Positions 37,230 to 50,539 of a stretch of 64,000 nt of DNA are shown here, piece after piece. Under the pieces are notes generated by a model. The model was given only the letters and a program-made list of their open reading frames with translations, did not search any database and was not told the DNA's origin. The position numbers and the translations under genes are program-made. Numbering within the stretch: the first letter of the stretch is position 1; each line of letters starts with the position of its first letter. The DNA comes from Octopus vulgaris (lineage: Eukaryota), in the NCBI GenBank assembly GCA_951406725.2, contig OX597814.1, positions 102,238,001-102,302,000 on the forward strand, written 5' to 3'.

Positions 37230-37632
37230 CTGGAGTCGATTCATTCGACTACCAGTTCTTCAAGGAGGTGCTTCAGCAGTCTAATGATTGAAACAGATAA
37301 AAGAATTACACACACACACACATACACACACACACACACACATATACACACCAATATCTCGATTAATGAAATTAATATGCTCCACTTTTAGTTCACTAGC
37401 AAAACTTCGATTTCAAAGGAAAGTAAAAAATAGTTTCTTTGCAGTTAAGTTTCGTTACCTCTACTACTTTAGTGCTTCTCAAAGTTAAATTCCGGGAACC
37501 CAAGTGTTCCGTAAAAAGGAAGGAAAATAAGGAATCTTTAATAAAGTATGCTTAAAAAATATTTCAGAAAAAACAAATGTTATTCATCATTTTCAAAATA
37601 AAGCTATTAAAGTCTTTGTTTATTTCTCTCTC

Positions 37633-37731
<99 letters not shown>

Positions 37732-37901
37732 TCACACACACACACAACTTATGTTTCGTATAATATCTTAAAACTAGGGTAGTAGTGGTTGTCCGTAAAA
37801 TAGAGGTTTGGGCAATGTATGTCACGTGAGTCATAGGTGGGTGGGTATGCAATGTGTGTGTGTGATTGTTTCAGCTCTGTCGAGTAGATAAAACACAATG
37901 T

Positions 37902-37933
<32 letters not shown>

Positions 37934-38714
37934 CGCCGTCGCGCACGCACGCACACTCATATTTTAAACATTAGCTCTGCGCCATACTCTATTTCAGAAC
38001 CGGTGCCCTAAACTTGTGTGCAGAAAAATTATTTTAACAAGGCAATGATATCGTGTAAGGACCATTCTAGCAATCTAATAACATGCAAAAATATCAAATT
38101 CAGATATAAACTCGTTCAAATATGCTTGAGACATTTTCGCACGCTTATGAAAGCCATTCACTGCCTTTTGTCATGGTGAAAAACTCGCACTGTAGACAAA
38201 AAGGTTTAAATACACCAAGTCAGTCCAGAGCACATTCTGCTCAGATCAACGGATGCATGCATTCCGAAGTAGTTATTTCCTCTTCAGCGTCGAACACTGG
38301 AGATGCTGATTTGGTGTGTTTATATCTTTTTGTCCACAGCGGCAATCTTTCTCCGGGACAAAATGCAGCGAATGACTTCCTTACAGGTTTGAAGTTGTTT
38401 CAACCATACTTGAACTAGTAACAAGTTTAAATTTGTATACGTCAGTGCTTAGCGCTTTAATCCGTATATTAAATTCACTTTAAATTTCTTTTTGATGGGC
38501 TGTCAAAATTTTCGTCGCACAACCGCGACCAATAAACTGGCACAGTTTCACTTGTAACTGTATGGAAGTTCTTTAATAGTCATTTCTCGCGGGCTTCGAA
38601 TTTTCTTTTCCATTATATTTTTTCTATTTTCTATTTTTCTGTTTCCATCTTTTGTTGAGCTTAAGACATCTTTCATCTTTTACATCTTAATTGTTTTACC
38701 TTTTACTTGAAAAG

Positions 38715-39061
38715 CTTAGTCGAGCAAATCGAACCCAATATTAATTTTTTAAAGCCTGGTGTTTATTTTAGCGTTTCTTTGGCCGAAAACGTAACTTACG
38801 GGAACGTAAACAAAAGAACACCGGTTGCCAACTGGTAGTGGAGACAAACACACACACACATACACACATATATATATACACATGCACACATATACACACG
38901 ACAGGCTTCTACAATTTCCATCAACCAAGTCCATTCACAAAGCTTTGGTCGGCATAGGGATATAATAGAAGAAACTTGCTCAACGTGCCACCCAGTGAGA
39001 CTGAACCAAAGACCACGTAGTTGGGAAACAAGTTTCTTAACTACACAACCACGCCTGCACC
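38715..39061 (-). mobile_element. SINE family 2, diverged copy
   Basis: Colinear with 30355-30759. Confidence 0.8.
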
Positions 39062-39586
39062 TTTAGCTTTAATATGTAATTCGACAAAATACTACACACG
39101 TATTCTTTAGTTTATGCAACAAATAAAGATATTAAACAAAAGCAAATATAATTATGTTAGACTTAATTTTCTATAAAGAGAACAAAAGCATCGATAGTTA
39201 ACTACTTTTTCTTCGCCCGGAACTTTAAGAGGTAGGGGTGGAAGTTGAACTTAATGTTTTCTACAAAGGTCTGGTGCAGGGGAAAAACTCGGCTGTATTG
39301 TGATAGTATTAATGCTTGCAAAGTCTACGATTAGACCAATACGCAACGGCAAAGATAAAAATAATTCCAAATAATTTCTAATCAGATGAAGAGTACGCTC
39401 AGTAAATAAATTATTCGATGCGGCGAATTAATATGTACCGTGTTAGGACTTAACCAAGCACAAATACTTATATACATGCATACATATACATATGTGTGTA
39501 TACGTATATGCATATGTATGTGTGTCTGTCTGTCTACACACACACAAACGTAATGCATCACTAAACGCGTTTCAACAGTGTAATTA

Positions 39587-40560
39587 CGATGGGCGTTCAT
39601 TAAAGATTTCCCCCTGACCCACTTTCGATTATAGTAGGAAACGGAACTTGCACAGGTATAATCATACATATCTCTACATGTCACATTATAAATTGCAGCT
39701 TTCCACTAGAATTCGTTTGTCTTTTACGGCTGTTGAACGGGACAAAGGTGCTATAATGGATGCAGTTGAATGCAGATCAATGATCAGGTTCTTATACTTG
39801 AAAGGTCGTACACCAAAACAGACTTTTGATGAGATGAAAGAAGTTTATAGTGACAATGCACAATCATACGACATAGTCAAGCATTGGCATCAACAGTTCA
39901 AATGTGGTCGAACATCGGTGGAACTGTTCCTATTCCTGGACGATCACATTCCGCCATTGATGACGACACCATCGATAAAGTGGAAGCTGCTGTTGTGGAG
40001 GATCTCCGCATAACTATTCGGCAAGTAGCCCAAGAAGTGAAGATAAGTGTAGGATCCATGGGAAAAATCATTCACGACCATTTGCACATGCGGAAGTTGT
40101 CTGCACCATGGATTCCCTAGATGCTCACACCTTTCCAGAAGCAGGAACGAGTCAATTCCTCCCAGGCTCTTTTGCCAATGTGCCAAAAAAACGAAGAGGA
40201 CTTTTTCAGTAGACTTATCACACAGGATGAAACATGGGTCCATCACTATAATCCTGAGACTAAAGTCCCTTACTTTCCCGACCTCGCACCATCTGACTTC
40301 CACCTCTTTACATCCATGAAGTCTTTTTTGAAGAGGAAGCACTTTTCGGATGATGATGAACTTATTTCCGAGGTAAAGTCTTGGCTCCAGATGCAACCTA
40401 CCGACTTCTACAGACGAGGTCTTCACAGCTGCATAAAGTGATGGGAAACGTGTGTCACCATTGGTGGTGGCTATGTTGAGAAAGACTAATAATTATGCCA
40501 AGTTACGTTGATCCAGTCCTTGGGGAGTGGGTCGGAGGAAATCTTTATGAACATCCCTCG
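39587..40560 (+). mobile_element. Internally deleted mariner (irritans-like)
   Basis: TIRs cgatgggcgttcattaaagatttcccctgacccact / agtgggtcggaggaaatctttatgaacatccctcg with TA flanks. ITQDETWVHHYNPETK is joined directly to PYFPDLAPSDFHLF, so the second Asp region is deleted. Confidence 0.92.
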
Positions 40561-40895
40561 TATTTATTAAACAATACATAATGGGTTACATAATTCAGCA
40601 TTATTGTGTAACCAGGCCATTCCCTCAGATGATATTCAGTCTTTCAGCGGCAAAATCCGATCAAGCAATAAGATTAAAAACATTTATAATCAAACTTATT
40701 TTGAAAGCAGGGATTTTAAGAGCTACAGAATTTTCACGAGAGAAAGATATGAAGGCTTACAACCAATCAAAACTTCACATTTACAGCAGCAACGAAATTT
40801 GTGAAAGTGCGTGCCACAAAAAAGTGGGTAAGAAACCATGGAAACTGGTTTCAACAACTAATGGGCAAGAGACTGGACAGAGGATTTTACTGCAA

Positions 40896-40949
<54 letters not shown>

Positions 40950-41878
40950 AACATACATACACACACATATATATTTGGATATATATAGTAACTACGCAGA
41001 TACATACATATTATGTATGTGTGTGTATATGTTTGTGTGTCTGTGTTTGTCCCCCCAACATCGCTTGACAACCCCTGTGGACAATAAAGAAATATATATA
41101 TATATATATATATACTCTTATATTATTATGTATTAATGCGTAATGTGTGTTTTCAGAACAATACCAATGATTTCAAGAAGAATGACACATCAAAGCTTAA
41201 ACAATTCTTTGTCATTTCATTCTATTTTCTACTCATCAACGTCACAGTATTATTTAGTCTAACGTAAATTCAAGCTGTTGTTTAAAGTTCGTTATTAGCC
41301 CTGTTGTGTTCTTAATTTATGAGATCATTCATTTTATTTATTTACAGTGAAACGTATGTTCAATTGTATAGATAGTTAGCCGGTCGTCTGCATCAGCAAA
41401 TATTGAGAAAAATGTGTTTTGTTTTGATTTTATTTTACTCAACTGTATAGCAACTCGGTTAAAGTAACATGGCCGACCAAACGACACGAATATTAAACGA
41501 AGGTAGTACGCTTCCTCGGATAAGCAACTTTATATCTGATTGGATCTGATTGATGTTCCAAACCAACAAACCAGTTCTTTTATAAATATGAGTCAGTCTT
41601 TACCATTCTTTTACATCATTTGTTCAGTCGAGTTTATTACGATATTTACACTGTGAAGATCGATAGTGTGCAGAATATCTAGGTAGTGGTGAGCTCCCAA
41701 ACTGGCTCGTCTAAATATTGGGCTGTTTTAATGTTTGCATGTCTTTGTAGAAATATCTGCCTGTTTGAGGATGTTTTAGTATTATTTCAATACTCTAAAA
41801 TATACTTTTCCAATTATTTTTCCCTTCGTTTTCAGGATAAATACTAGTTTATAACTGTTCAATAACATGATGAATAAG

Positions 41879-41930
<52 letters not shown>

Positions 41931-43321
41931 ACATCTGCCTGTTGCAAAGTAAATAAATATATAAATAAAACATCTGCCAGTGACAAAGTACACATATTCC
42001 ATTCTATAGAAAACCAGATGAATTAGAAAATATATAAAATATATATAATGCAAACGAATATATCGTTGGTTAGCTTGCTAGCTGGTTAGTTTGGTGAATA
42101 TATTTAATCAAATATTTGAAGACTGAATCTGTAGAACGCAGAACAAAATATCTCGTATTATTCGTTGTTCAAGGCAACAGAATTTATACCAGTGAATTTG
42201 ATCAACAATTCTTGTCATATGCTCGTCAAGCTTTTTCTTCCAACAGACCGCTCCATCATGTGTATCCCTTATAGCGAATATTGTGTAAAATAAACCGTAC
42301 CATAAAACAGGTATGAGGCAAGTATCATTTGTTATTAAATTACTTTAATCTAAAGAGTTCAAATCCCACCGTAGTCAAATACTATGACTGGTAAGATCTA
42401 CCGTTACCTCCCTCAAAAGTTCTAGACTTATGCCTACATAAAAAATAAATTTGATTTCGTGTTACATTTCTAATTAAGTGGATTTGTTTGGTTTTTTTCT
42501 AACAAGTAACTGATTTCTAGACATTGTGTTAAGTACACCTATAAATCATTCTCAACTGATTTTTTTTTGCAAGAAATTTGCTTTTGGCTTTAAAATTTGC
42601 TGAAAACCCTTGTTCACAATAAATGGATACTAATAGAAGTTTCTCTATACATTTTCTGGGCACATAAGCGACGTGTACTTGATTGTAACTGCTTCAATAT
42701 TTCAGTGTTTTTCACAAATCTCACGTACCATCATAGTTTCCCATGCGAACACCCTCACTACAATTTTTCTTGCGTGCCCCTGACATATTACAGATCTTGT
42801 TTTTAATCTTTTAGGCAGCTGGGAAGGTAGTGCACACGACCCGTTGCAGGGTATCCAAGACTGTTGGAAGGGATGGAGATATCTTCAGACCGGAAGCCTG
42901 CCCCGAATGCTTCCAACACAGCAGACTCCGCTAAAGCTACCTAAAGTGTCAAGTAGTAGTTTTAAGCTAGAGGTCGGGTTAAGCCAACCACCCAAGTAGG
43001 CCTTGGTGCGATTTGAACTCATAAGGCAAAGAGCCGTACAATTCCACCAACCCACCGCCTGTAATGGATCTTGGTTCTTTGTTATCGACCTTGAACGGAT
43101 GAACTGTGAAGCCGAATACCGTGTAGCATTCTGTTCGACACTCTAACGACACTACAAATTCGCCGCCTGACTTAGTTAAAGATTGAGGATGGTGGCAGAA
43201 TTCGTAAAGAAACAGGCAACATTTATTTCGGTGTTTTATTACGGCCCCCTTATGTTCTGAATTCAAATTACGCAGCAGTTGACTTTGTTTCTCACTAACT
43301 AAATCAATAAATCAATATATA

Positions 43322-43646
43322 TGGCTGTCTAACTCAACTATGGTATGTTGCTTCTGCTTGGAACCCATTATTTTCTTGCAATGAAGAACAAGGAAAATAG
43401 TTACTATAAAAGAAGAGTTACTCAACCAATATGCGCAATTTCAATGACTTATATCAGTTAATAAAGAGTTATGCCCATTTTGCATTACTTTCAGAGCAAG
43501 TCCCGTACTTATTCTATCACACTGAGAACAGCCAGAAGACAAATATTGCCCCCAGAAAAATGCGAGCATATACTTAGGAAATAACGAACAAAATTCAGTG
43601 GAATATCTCTCCTCGACAGCCAGTAGCAACATCATCACTCTATATA
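43322..43646 (-). repeat. Inverted copy of the mariner 3' flank at 5366-5690
   Basis: Reverse complement matches almost base for base. Confidence 0.95.
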
Positions 43647-44912
43647 TTGGGTTGGCAACTAAGTTCCAGCCATTTTTTAAATTTACATTTTTTTAAAAGG
43701 TTTAATAAAAAATAACAACTAATTAATCAATGATGTATTCACCCTTGTTGTTTACAACTTCTTCCCAACGTTCAACAAGATTTTCAATACCTCGTTGGTA
43801 GAAATCACCCGATTTCGACTAGAAAAATTGATCCAACCAATCTCTCAATTCTGCATCAGTATTGAACGAAACTCTGCGCATAGCATTTGAAAGAGATCGA
43901 AGGAGGTGGAAATCCGTTAGTGCCAAATCAGGAGAGTACGGCGGGTGTGGTAGCACTTCCCAGTCATGCGTCTGAATGGCTTTCTTGATCATATTGGCGA
44001 TATGAGGGCGGGCGTTGTCATGCAGCAGAAGAACTCCATGTCGACGATTAGGTCTTTTCTCTTGAATAGCCGTATTGAGTCGTTCCATCTGTTCCGCGTT
44101 GACCTTTTGGTTCCGTTCAAGCAATTCGTAATGGATAATCCTTTCCCAGTCCCACAATATGCACAACATCGTTTTACGCAGACGAAGATCTTGTTTCACC
44201 GCGGTGTCGCTTGTTTACAAGCCATTCCTTACGCTGCTTCATATTGATGCACAGGCACCATTTTTCGTCGCCAGTAACGATTCGGTAAAGAAATCGTTGC
44301 TTGTGTCCATGAGTTGAGCAGTGACGAGCAAGCAAACCAGCGGAGATTGTGGCTCGTTGATTTTTGTTGTTGTCACTTAAAGCATGCAGAACCCATGCTC
44401 CATACTTCTGAACCTTTCCCATCGAGTGAAGATACTTCTCTGTAACAGTGTGGGAGCATTCCAATATCTCTACCTGTTCCCTTGTCGTTTGACGAGAATT
44501 TCCGTGCAAAAGCTGGTTTAATTGCTCTTCATCGAACTCAACTAGACGGACAGAACGAGGTACGTCTTTGAGGTCAAAATTTCCATTTTTGAACTTGGCA
44601 TACCAATCACGAGCGGTTCTTTCAGCTATGGCACCCTTTCCATACACAGCACAAATGTCGCGAGCAGCTTTTGCGACCTTAGAACCTTGATTAAAAGCAA
44701 AAAGGAGGTGTCTAAAATGCTCGTTTTTCTTAACTTGAGATACCATTTTAATGATCTGAAAATAAACAAAAGTTAACTAAAATTAACTAGAAAAAAAAAA
44801 GATTTCAAAATGACTCAAAAATAGAATTCTCGAAAAAAATAGATTCCAAAATTTAAAAACGCAATAAATTCCAAAATTTAAAAAAACCGTGGGAACTTAG
44901 TTGCCAACCCAA
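43647..44912 (-). mobile_element. Mariner, second full-length copy, transposase disrupted
   Basis: Same TIRs with TA flanks. ORFs 44174-44746 and 43819-44199 give MVSQVKKNEHFRH...VTGDEKW...LHDNARPH...YSPDLALTD. Confidence 0.95.
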
Positions 44913-46205
44913 TACATGAAATACATTATACTGCACATATGGCCACAAATATAGATACACACAGAAGGAAAAATAATGGTTAATGCTCTCCAGAGCATTG
45001 ACAGTATAAACGAAGTGAAATGGCTTCAGTCAGGAACTAAAACTATGTACTCGATTCTTTGAAGATTACTTCTTGCACTACGGCGTAAATAAGCTGACTA
45101 AGAAGAAAATAGTAACTTCAAGAAATGAATTTAAGACGTTTTTTCTGATTATTTTATTAGAAGGAGAAAAAATAACTGGTGTCACATTTTAACTCACATG
45201 ATTGAGATAGTTCTGCTGCTACACACTGAAGCTTCATAGACCGCAACTTAAAGAATCTAGCAAATATTTAAGGCCTGATACATTACAATGTCTGGTTCTT
45301 AGACGTGCTGCTTCTTCTTGTCCTACTACTACAACGGCTTCTACTTTTGTAAAGTGGTCATGTAGATGTTCCCTCGTTAGTCCATAGTTCTGTATTTCCT
45401 TACAGTGATACTATCTCAACCTTTAATAAACACAAATAGCATATATATTATTCTGTCTATCCACTGTTCTGTCTATTCAATGAAAATTTGCGAATATTTT
45501 GTTTCTTTAACTATACGTCATGTTGTGATATCGAAATCAATTTATTCACAGCAAAAATTGAATGACCAAACCTAAATTAGATAACAATGATAACATTGCC
45601 AGAAATATCGAATTCTTGTATCACCATCTACACAACTGTCATTCCTAATTCAGCCAACTTGGAAACCGTTACAATAATCTTTGTATTTGTACAGGAACTG
45701 TTGATTATAGAATAGTTAAAACGGTTTATTCGAAAAAATACTAATCAAGCGTGGCAAAGCACAGAGCTATATAAATAGCTTTACAAAATGTTTAAAAGAC
45801 TATTCACCCTTAACTTCCTTCGACTTATATAGTAAAACATAGCTATATGTATCATCATATATCTAACATATGCCTCGCTGATGAGATTATAATAAGGCAT
45901 AAATATATAGAGAGTTGTCTCCTACACATACTGAAAGTTTAAATATTAGGCGACAACTAATATCGTTTTTCTTTGTTTTTTGTTTTTCGTTTCTCATTTT
46001 CTTATTTTAATTTGTTACTTCTAACTCAATTATTAAACCTAACATACATCATCATACATTTAACAAGCTGTCTTTCTCTCATTATTTATTTATATAGCAT
46101 TACCTTTAATTGTATAGATTGTGCATGTACACTGGATAGGTGGATGGATCGATTTAATCTTATGTATACGTTTATATTGATCTATCGATAAATATTCCAC
46201 CATTC

Positions 46206-46240
<35 letters not shown>

Positions 46241-46319
46241 GTATACATATATATATATATATATATACGTATACCAATGTGTGTATGTATATATATAAAA
46301 TTATGCACATGAGCGTGCA

Positions 46320-46353
<34 letters not shown>

Positions 46354-46654
46354 TCTGTCTGTGTGCGCGCACATGTGTGTGTGTGAGTGTAATACTATTT
46401 TTCTTAAATTGATATAAAGAACTAAGAGTCTTGAGCGAAAAAACGTTTATATATATATATATATAATTTCTGTGTTTCAAATATCAAAAGCGTCATGGTT
46501 ATCAGTTTGATCGAGTTCAGCAACTGACAGGGTTCCAAGACTGATTTATCCTTGATACAATATATGAAATAAAATTATTCAGTGATACAACGGTGACTCG
46601 ATGAGTTGCGAGATATTGCTTTACTCCCAAGTTGCTAAGAAGCTTAAATTGTCA

Positions 46655-47206
46655 TACCCACACAAGAGTTCCCCCTTCGAATTTGTTTCCTCATAACTTT
46701 CAGAAAAATTTGTGTTTTCCAATGAAATTTTCTATAATTTCAGATAGTCAAGATTATGATTGTATCGGGATCTAATGTGAAAAATAAAATGGTGAGCGCG
46801 TACACATATGTAGTAACACATATCGCATATATATTTACAAAATGAAACTTGAAGTTTTCAAGAAATTATGTGATGCATGTCAATATATATGCGTGTATGT
46901 TCATTATTTATTTTTTTTTTTTTTTTCAACATTAAATACCGATATTATTGTAATCTACACTATCTGAAAGGCATTTGTAAAACTTTCATTAAAGAATATT
47001 CATTTTTTTCTGTAAGTTATGAGGAAACAAACATTCTCTCATATGAATTTTCTGATTTCCCTCCGAGAACGGTTTTCACAATAAATTTTAATATAATCGA
47101 AATCTACATCATTTGTAAAGTATTTGTAGAGAGCTTCATTAAAAGTTACCAATTATTCTGAAAGTTATGAAGAAACAAAATCGTTAGGCCACACTTGTGT
47201 AAGTAT
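46655..47206. mobile_element. MITE with degenerate long TIRs
   Basis: atacccacacaag...tttgtttcctcataactttcagaa versus ttctgaaagttatgaagaaacaaa...cttgtgtaagtat. Confidence 0.6.
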
Positions 47207-47735
47207 TGCCGGAAACCATCAAGAATAAAACTGGATATTTAATGTGAACCTAAGTTCTCCGTCTAAATGTTCTGAATGTAGTGAATGCCTACCGAACCAA
47301 CTTAGTGTTTGCTCTTCAATGACCATTAAGTAAGAACCAGTGTGATACTAGGATAATCAGCATTGCAAATTACTGCATTGGTAATACTGAAACGTTTCAA
47401 GTTTCATTTTCCATTATCATTTGTAATGCTTATCACATATTCATGGATGGGTGGTCAGCATTATATTAACAAACATTAAACAATTAATTCAATTGAATCA
47501 GTGAATGGAATAAATATTTATACTTTGTTTTATGTTTGATATTCTGGAGTCAATTGACAATAACTCCGCTACTTACGAAAAGATCTTTATATTGATTCAA
47601 ATAAAGCCTTTATATCTCTCTTTGGATATATTTATATCAAAGATCGATACATCAATACATCAATGTATATTTCATGAGTTCATTTATTAAATCATATATA
47701 TATATCTATAAACGTGTGTGCGTGTGTGTGTGTGT

Positions 47736-47803
<68 letters not shown>

Positions 47804-48857
47804 TTGTTAACGTGCGTGTTTGTTGAAGCTTGTACAGTAATACCTATTCGAATGTATTCATGGATTTTGTTATCGTTAATCCAGTAGAGTTCTGGATTTA
47901 TGAACTCCAGATTTGTCACCCTTGTATTCAGATTGAAATAGTTGCGGCAATTAGTCAAAATCCCAGAAATATCTTATTGCTATGTATAATTTATATCCAT
48001 TGTTCTTTGTAGCCAGCAAACATGTTAGCTGATATCTGTTTGGAATTGATGGCGTGTTACTCAAATATCTGGATACATTCTCCCTTTACCGTAAGTTTCA
48101 CCAGCCTGGTCTACTATCATGCAACAAGTCTAGCCGACTTGCTTCTCCACCACCCCTACATCCTGTTATATGGATAACAGGAGCGAAAAAGATATTTAGA
48201 TGTTGATAGGACTAACGATAGTCTATTCACACAAGAATGAACTATATCAAAGCAGATATTCTCCAATGGGACGGACACACTAGTTATTTAGAAACAGTTT
48301 ATCATGTTATTTCGGCTCTCTTTCGGCTGTTAACTAATTATTAAGGATGAGTCATTCATAACAAAAATTTAACCTGTCTATATAATATATTTATTCATGT
48401 GAAACGACAGCTACTTTATCATCTACTTGCAATGCCTTTCATTGCAACTGTAATTAACATTTAATCATAATTCACATTTTGGTTTTGTATGTATTTGTGA
48501 GTGAAGTTCTGTACATGTTAGTGTAACTATACGGGTGTATTTACTTTTTTGTAATACGTTGCTTTTTGTGTCAATTTTTATGCAGCCAAGTCTTACTTAC
48601 GTTGTTTGTCTTTTTTTTTTCTTTGCAGTAATAAATCAAGTAAAATAAAATCTATAACCCTTTATAGATTACATATGGATCATTAATTTTCTCATGTAAT
48701 TTATGCATGAGTCCTTTTTCTGCATTTATGTTGTTGATAGCTTTACGTTTCACGCGAACTGATATTACCGTTTTGATTCCGGAAGGTAACGAGCTGGCAG
48801 AATCGTTAGTACGTCGTACAAAATGCTTAGCAGCATTTTGTCCGCCTTTAATTGTAT

Positions 48858-49162
48858 TCACCTCAATAGACGTCATTGATTGGTTGAAATTGTCGAAATG
48901 CAAGAAATTAAAGACCAAATATCTTACAAACTATAGAATTTTCTCAATAAAGCCAAGAGAAAAAGATGTTTTATAAACACATTCTACCAGTATACGAAGT
49001 TTAAAATTTTTTGCTTACCTAGAAATGATGTTAAAAACTGCCGTTCAAATCGAAAAGATCCAAGATGTTTTATGTAACACATTCTACCAGTATACGAAGT
49101 TTAAAAGTGTTTAGTTACAAAGAAATTATTTTAAAAATCTGCCGGTCAAAGTGAAAAGATCC
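48858..49162. mobile_element. Unclassified interspersed repeat (end aaaagatcc) with internal duplication
   Basis: Near-identical to 58805-59008. The last 120 bp or so are tandemly duplicated. Confidence 0.75.
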
Positions 49163-49392
49163 AAATCTGCTAATTTGACGTCTTTTTAATTCTTTCTCTT
49201 TGAGATATTTTTAATAAAACGCCGCACCTCGTTTACTTAACCTCGTTTACCTTGTGATTTCGTATGTTCTTCTGTTATCTGTAATACAGAAAAAATAAAA
49301 TCTAATTTTAGTCACTGAATGAAAAGTGTGATCCATATTCAAATTGTATATATAGCACTATGTTTCTGCAAATTTATTTATTCGTATATTGA

Positions 49393-49950
49393 GGCGGCGA
49401 GCTGGCAAAAACGTTAGCACACCGGGCGAAATGCGTAGCCGTATTTCGTCTGCCGCTACGTTCTGAGTTCAAATTCCGCCGAGGTTGACTTTGCTTTTCA
49501 TCCTTTGGGGGTTAATTAAATAAGTACCAGTTACACACTGGGTCGATATAATCGACTTAATCCGTTTGTCTGTCCTTGTTTGTCCTCTCTGTGTTTAGCC
49601 CCTTGTGGGTAGTAAAGAAATAGGTATTTCGCTCGTCGTTTCGTCTGCCGCTACGTTCTGAGTTCAAATTCCACCGAGGTCGACTTTGCCTTTCATCCTT
49701 TCGGGGTTGATTAAATAAGTACCAGTTACGCACTGGGGTCAATATAATCGACTTAATCCGTTTGTCTGTCCTTGTTTGTCCTCTCTGTGTTTAGCCCCTT
49801 GTGGGTAGTAAAAAAATAGGTATTTCGCTAGTCGCTATGTTCTGAGTTAAAATTCCGCCGAGGTTGACTTTGCCTTTCATCTTTTCGGGATCGATAAATT
49901 AAGTACCCCTTCCCCAACAATTTCAGGCCTTGTGCCTATAGTAGAAAGGA
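49393..49950 (+). mobile_element. SINE family 1, trimeric copy
   Basis: One head plus three cores. Imperfect TSD atttatttattcgtatatt / atttatttatttatatatt. Confidence 0.9.
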
Positions 49951-50074
49951 TTTATTTATTTATATATTAATTACTATCAGTCCACCTATCCTAATTTCCA
50001 CCATCATATACAAAATAATTTATTGTATAACATGAACAGACCTATTGATATAATGTTAGCAATAAACCTTTCAA

Positions 50075-50255
50075 AATTGAGAAAAAGGCTTGAAATTTTG
50101 TGGGATGGGAACTAGTCGATTACATGAACCTCAACTGACACTTATTTCATCGGGCCCGAAGGGTTAAAAGGGTAAAGTCGACCTCGACGGGTTTTGAACT
50201 CAGAACGTAAAGACAGACGAAATGCTGCTAAACACCTTTCCCGGCATGCGGAGTA
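50075..50255 (-). mobile_element. SINE family 1, older inverted copy
   Basis: aaagtcgacctcgacgggttttgaactcagaacgtaaagacagacgaaat is the reverse complement of the core. Confidence 0.8.
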
Positions 50256-50373
50256 TGCTAAATAATTGTTCTACTTTAATTTTTCCCACCTTAAATTTCC
50301 ACCCCCAGCAGGTCAAGAATTGCGCAAGTAGTGTGTTGTATTTTTCGCACAGCTTATCTTTCTCTATAGAATA

Positions 50374-50539
50374 CCGTATTTTATGGCATATATGACGCAC
50401 ATTTTTTTTTTGTTTTTCTTCAAAAAAAATTCTCAAAAAGTTACTCTGAGTCCTATATGCGAAGTTTCTCCCTTTAATGTGCTGCTGAAATTAGGACGTG
50501 CCTAATACGTTCTTGCGTTTTTTATGCTATTATTTACGG
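50374..50539. mobile_element. pogo/Tc2-like MITE
   Basis: TA-ccgtattttatggcatatatgacgca ... tgcgttttttatgctattatttacgg-TA. Confidence 0.65.

Larger units (their letters stand above)
36038..37305 (+). mobile_element. SINE family 2 split into three pieces by two insertions
   Basis: 5' part 36038-36200, middle 36430-36532 and tail 37230-37305 are colinear with the family consensus. Confidence 0.8.
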
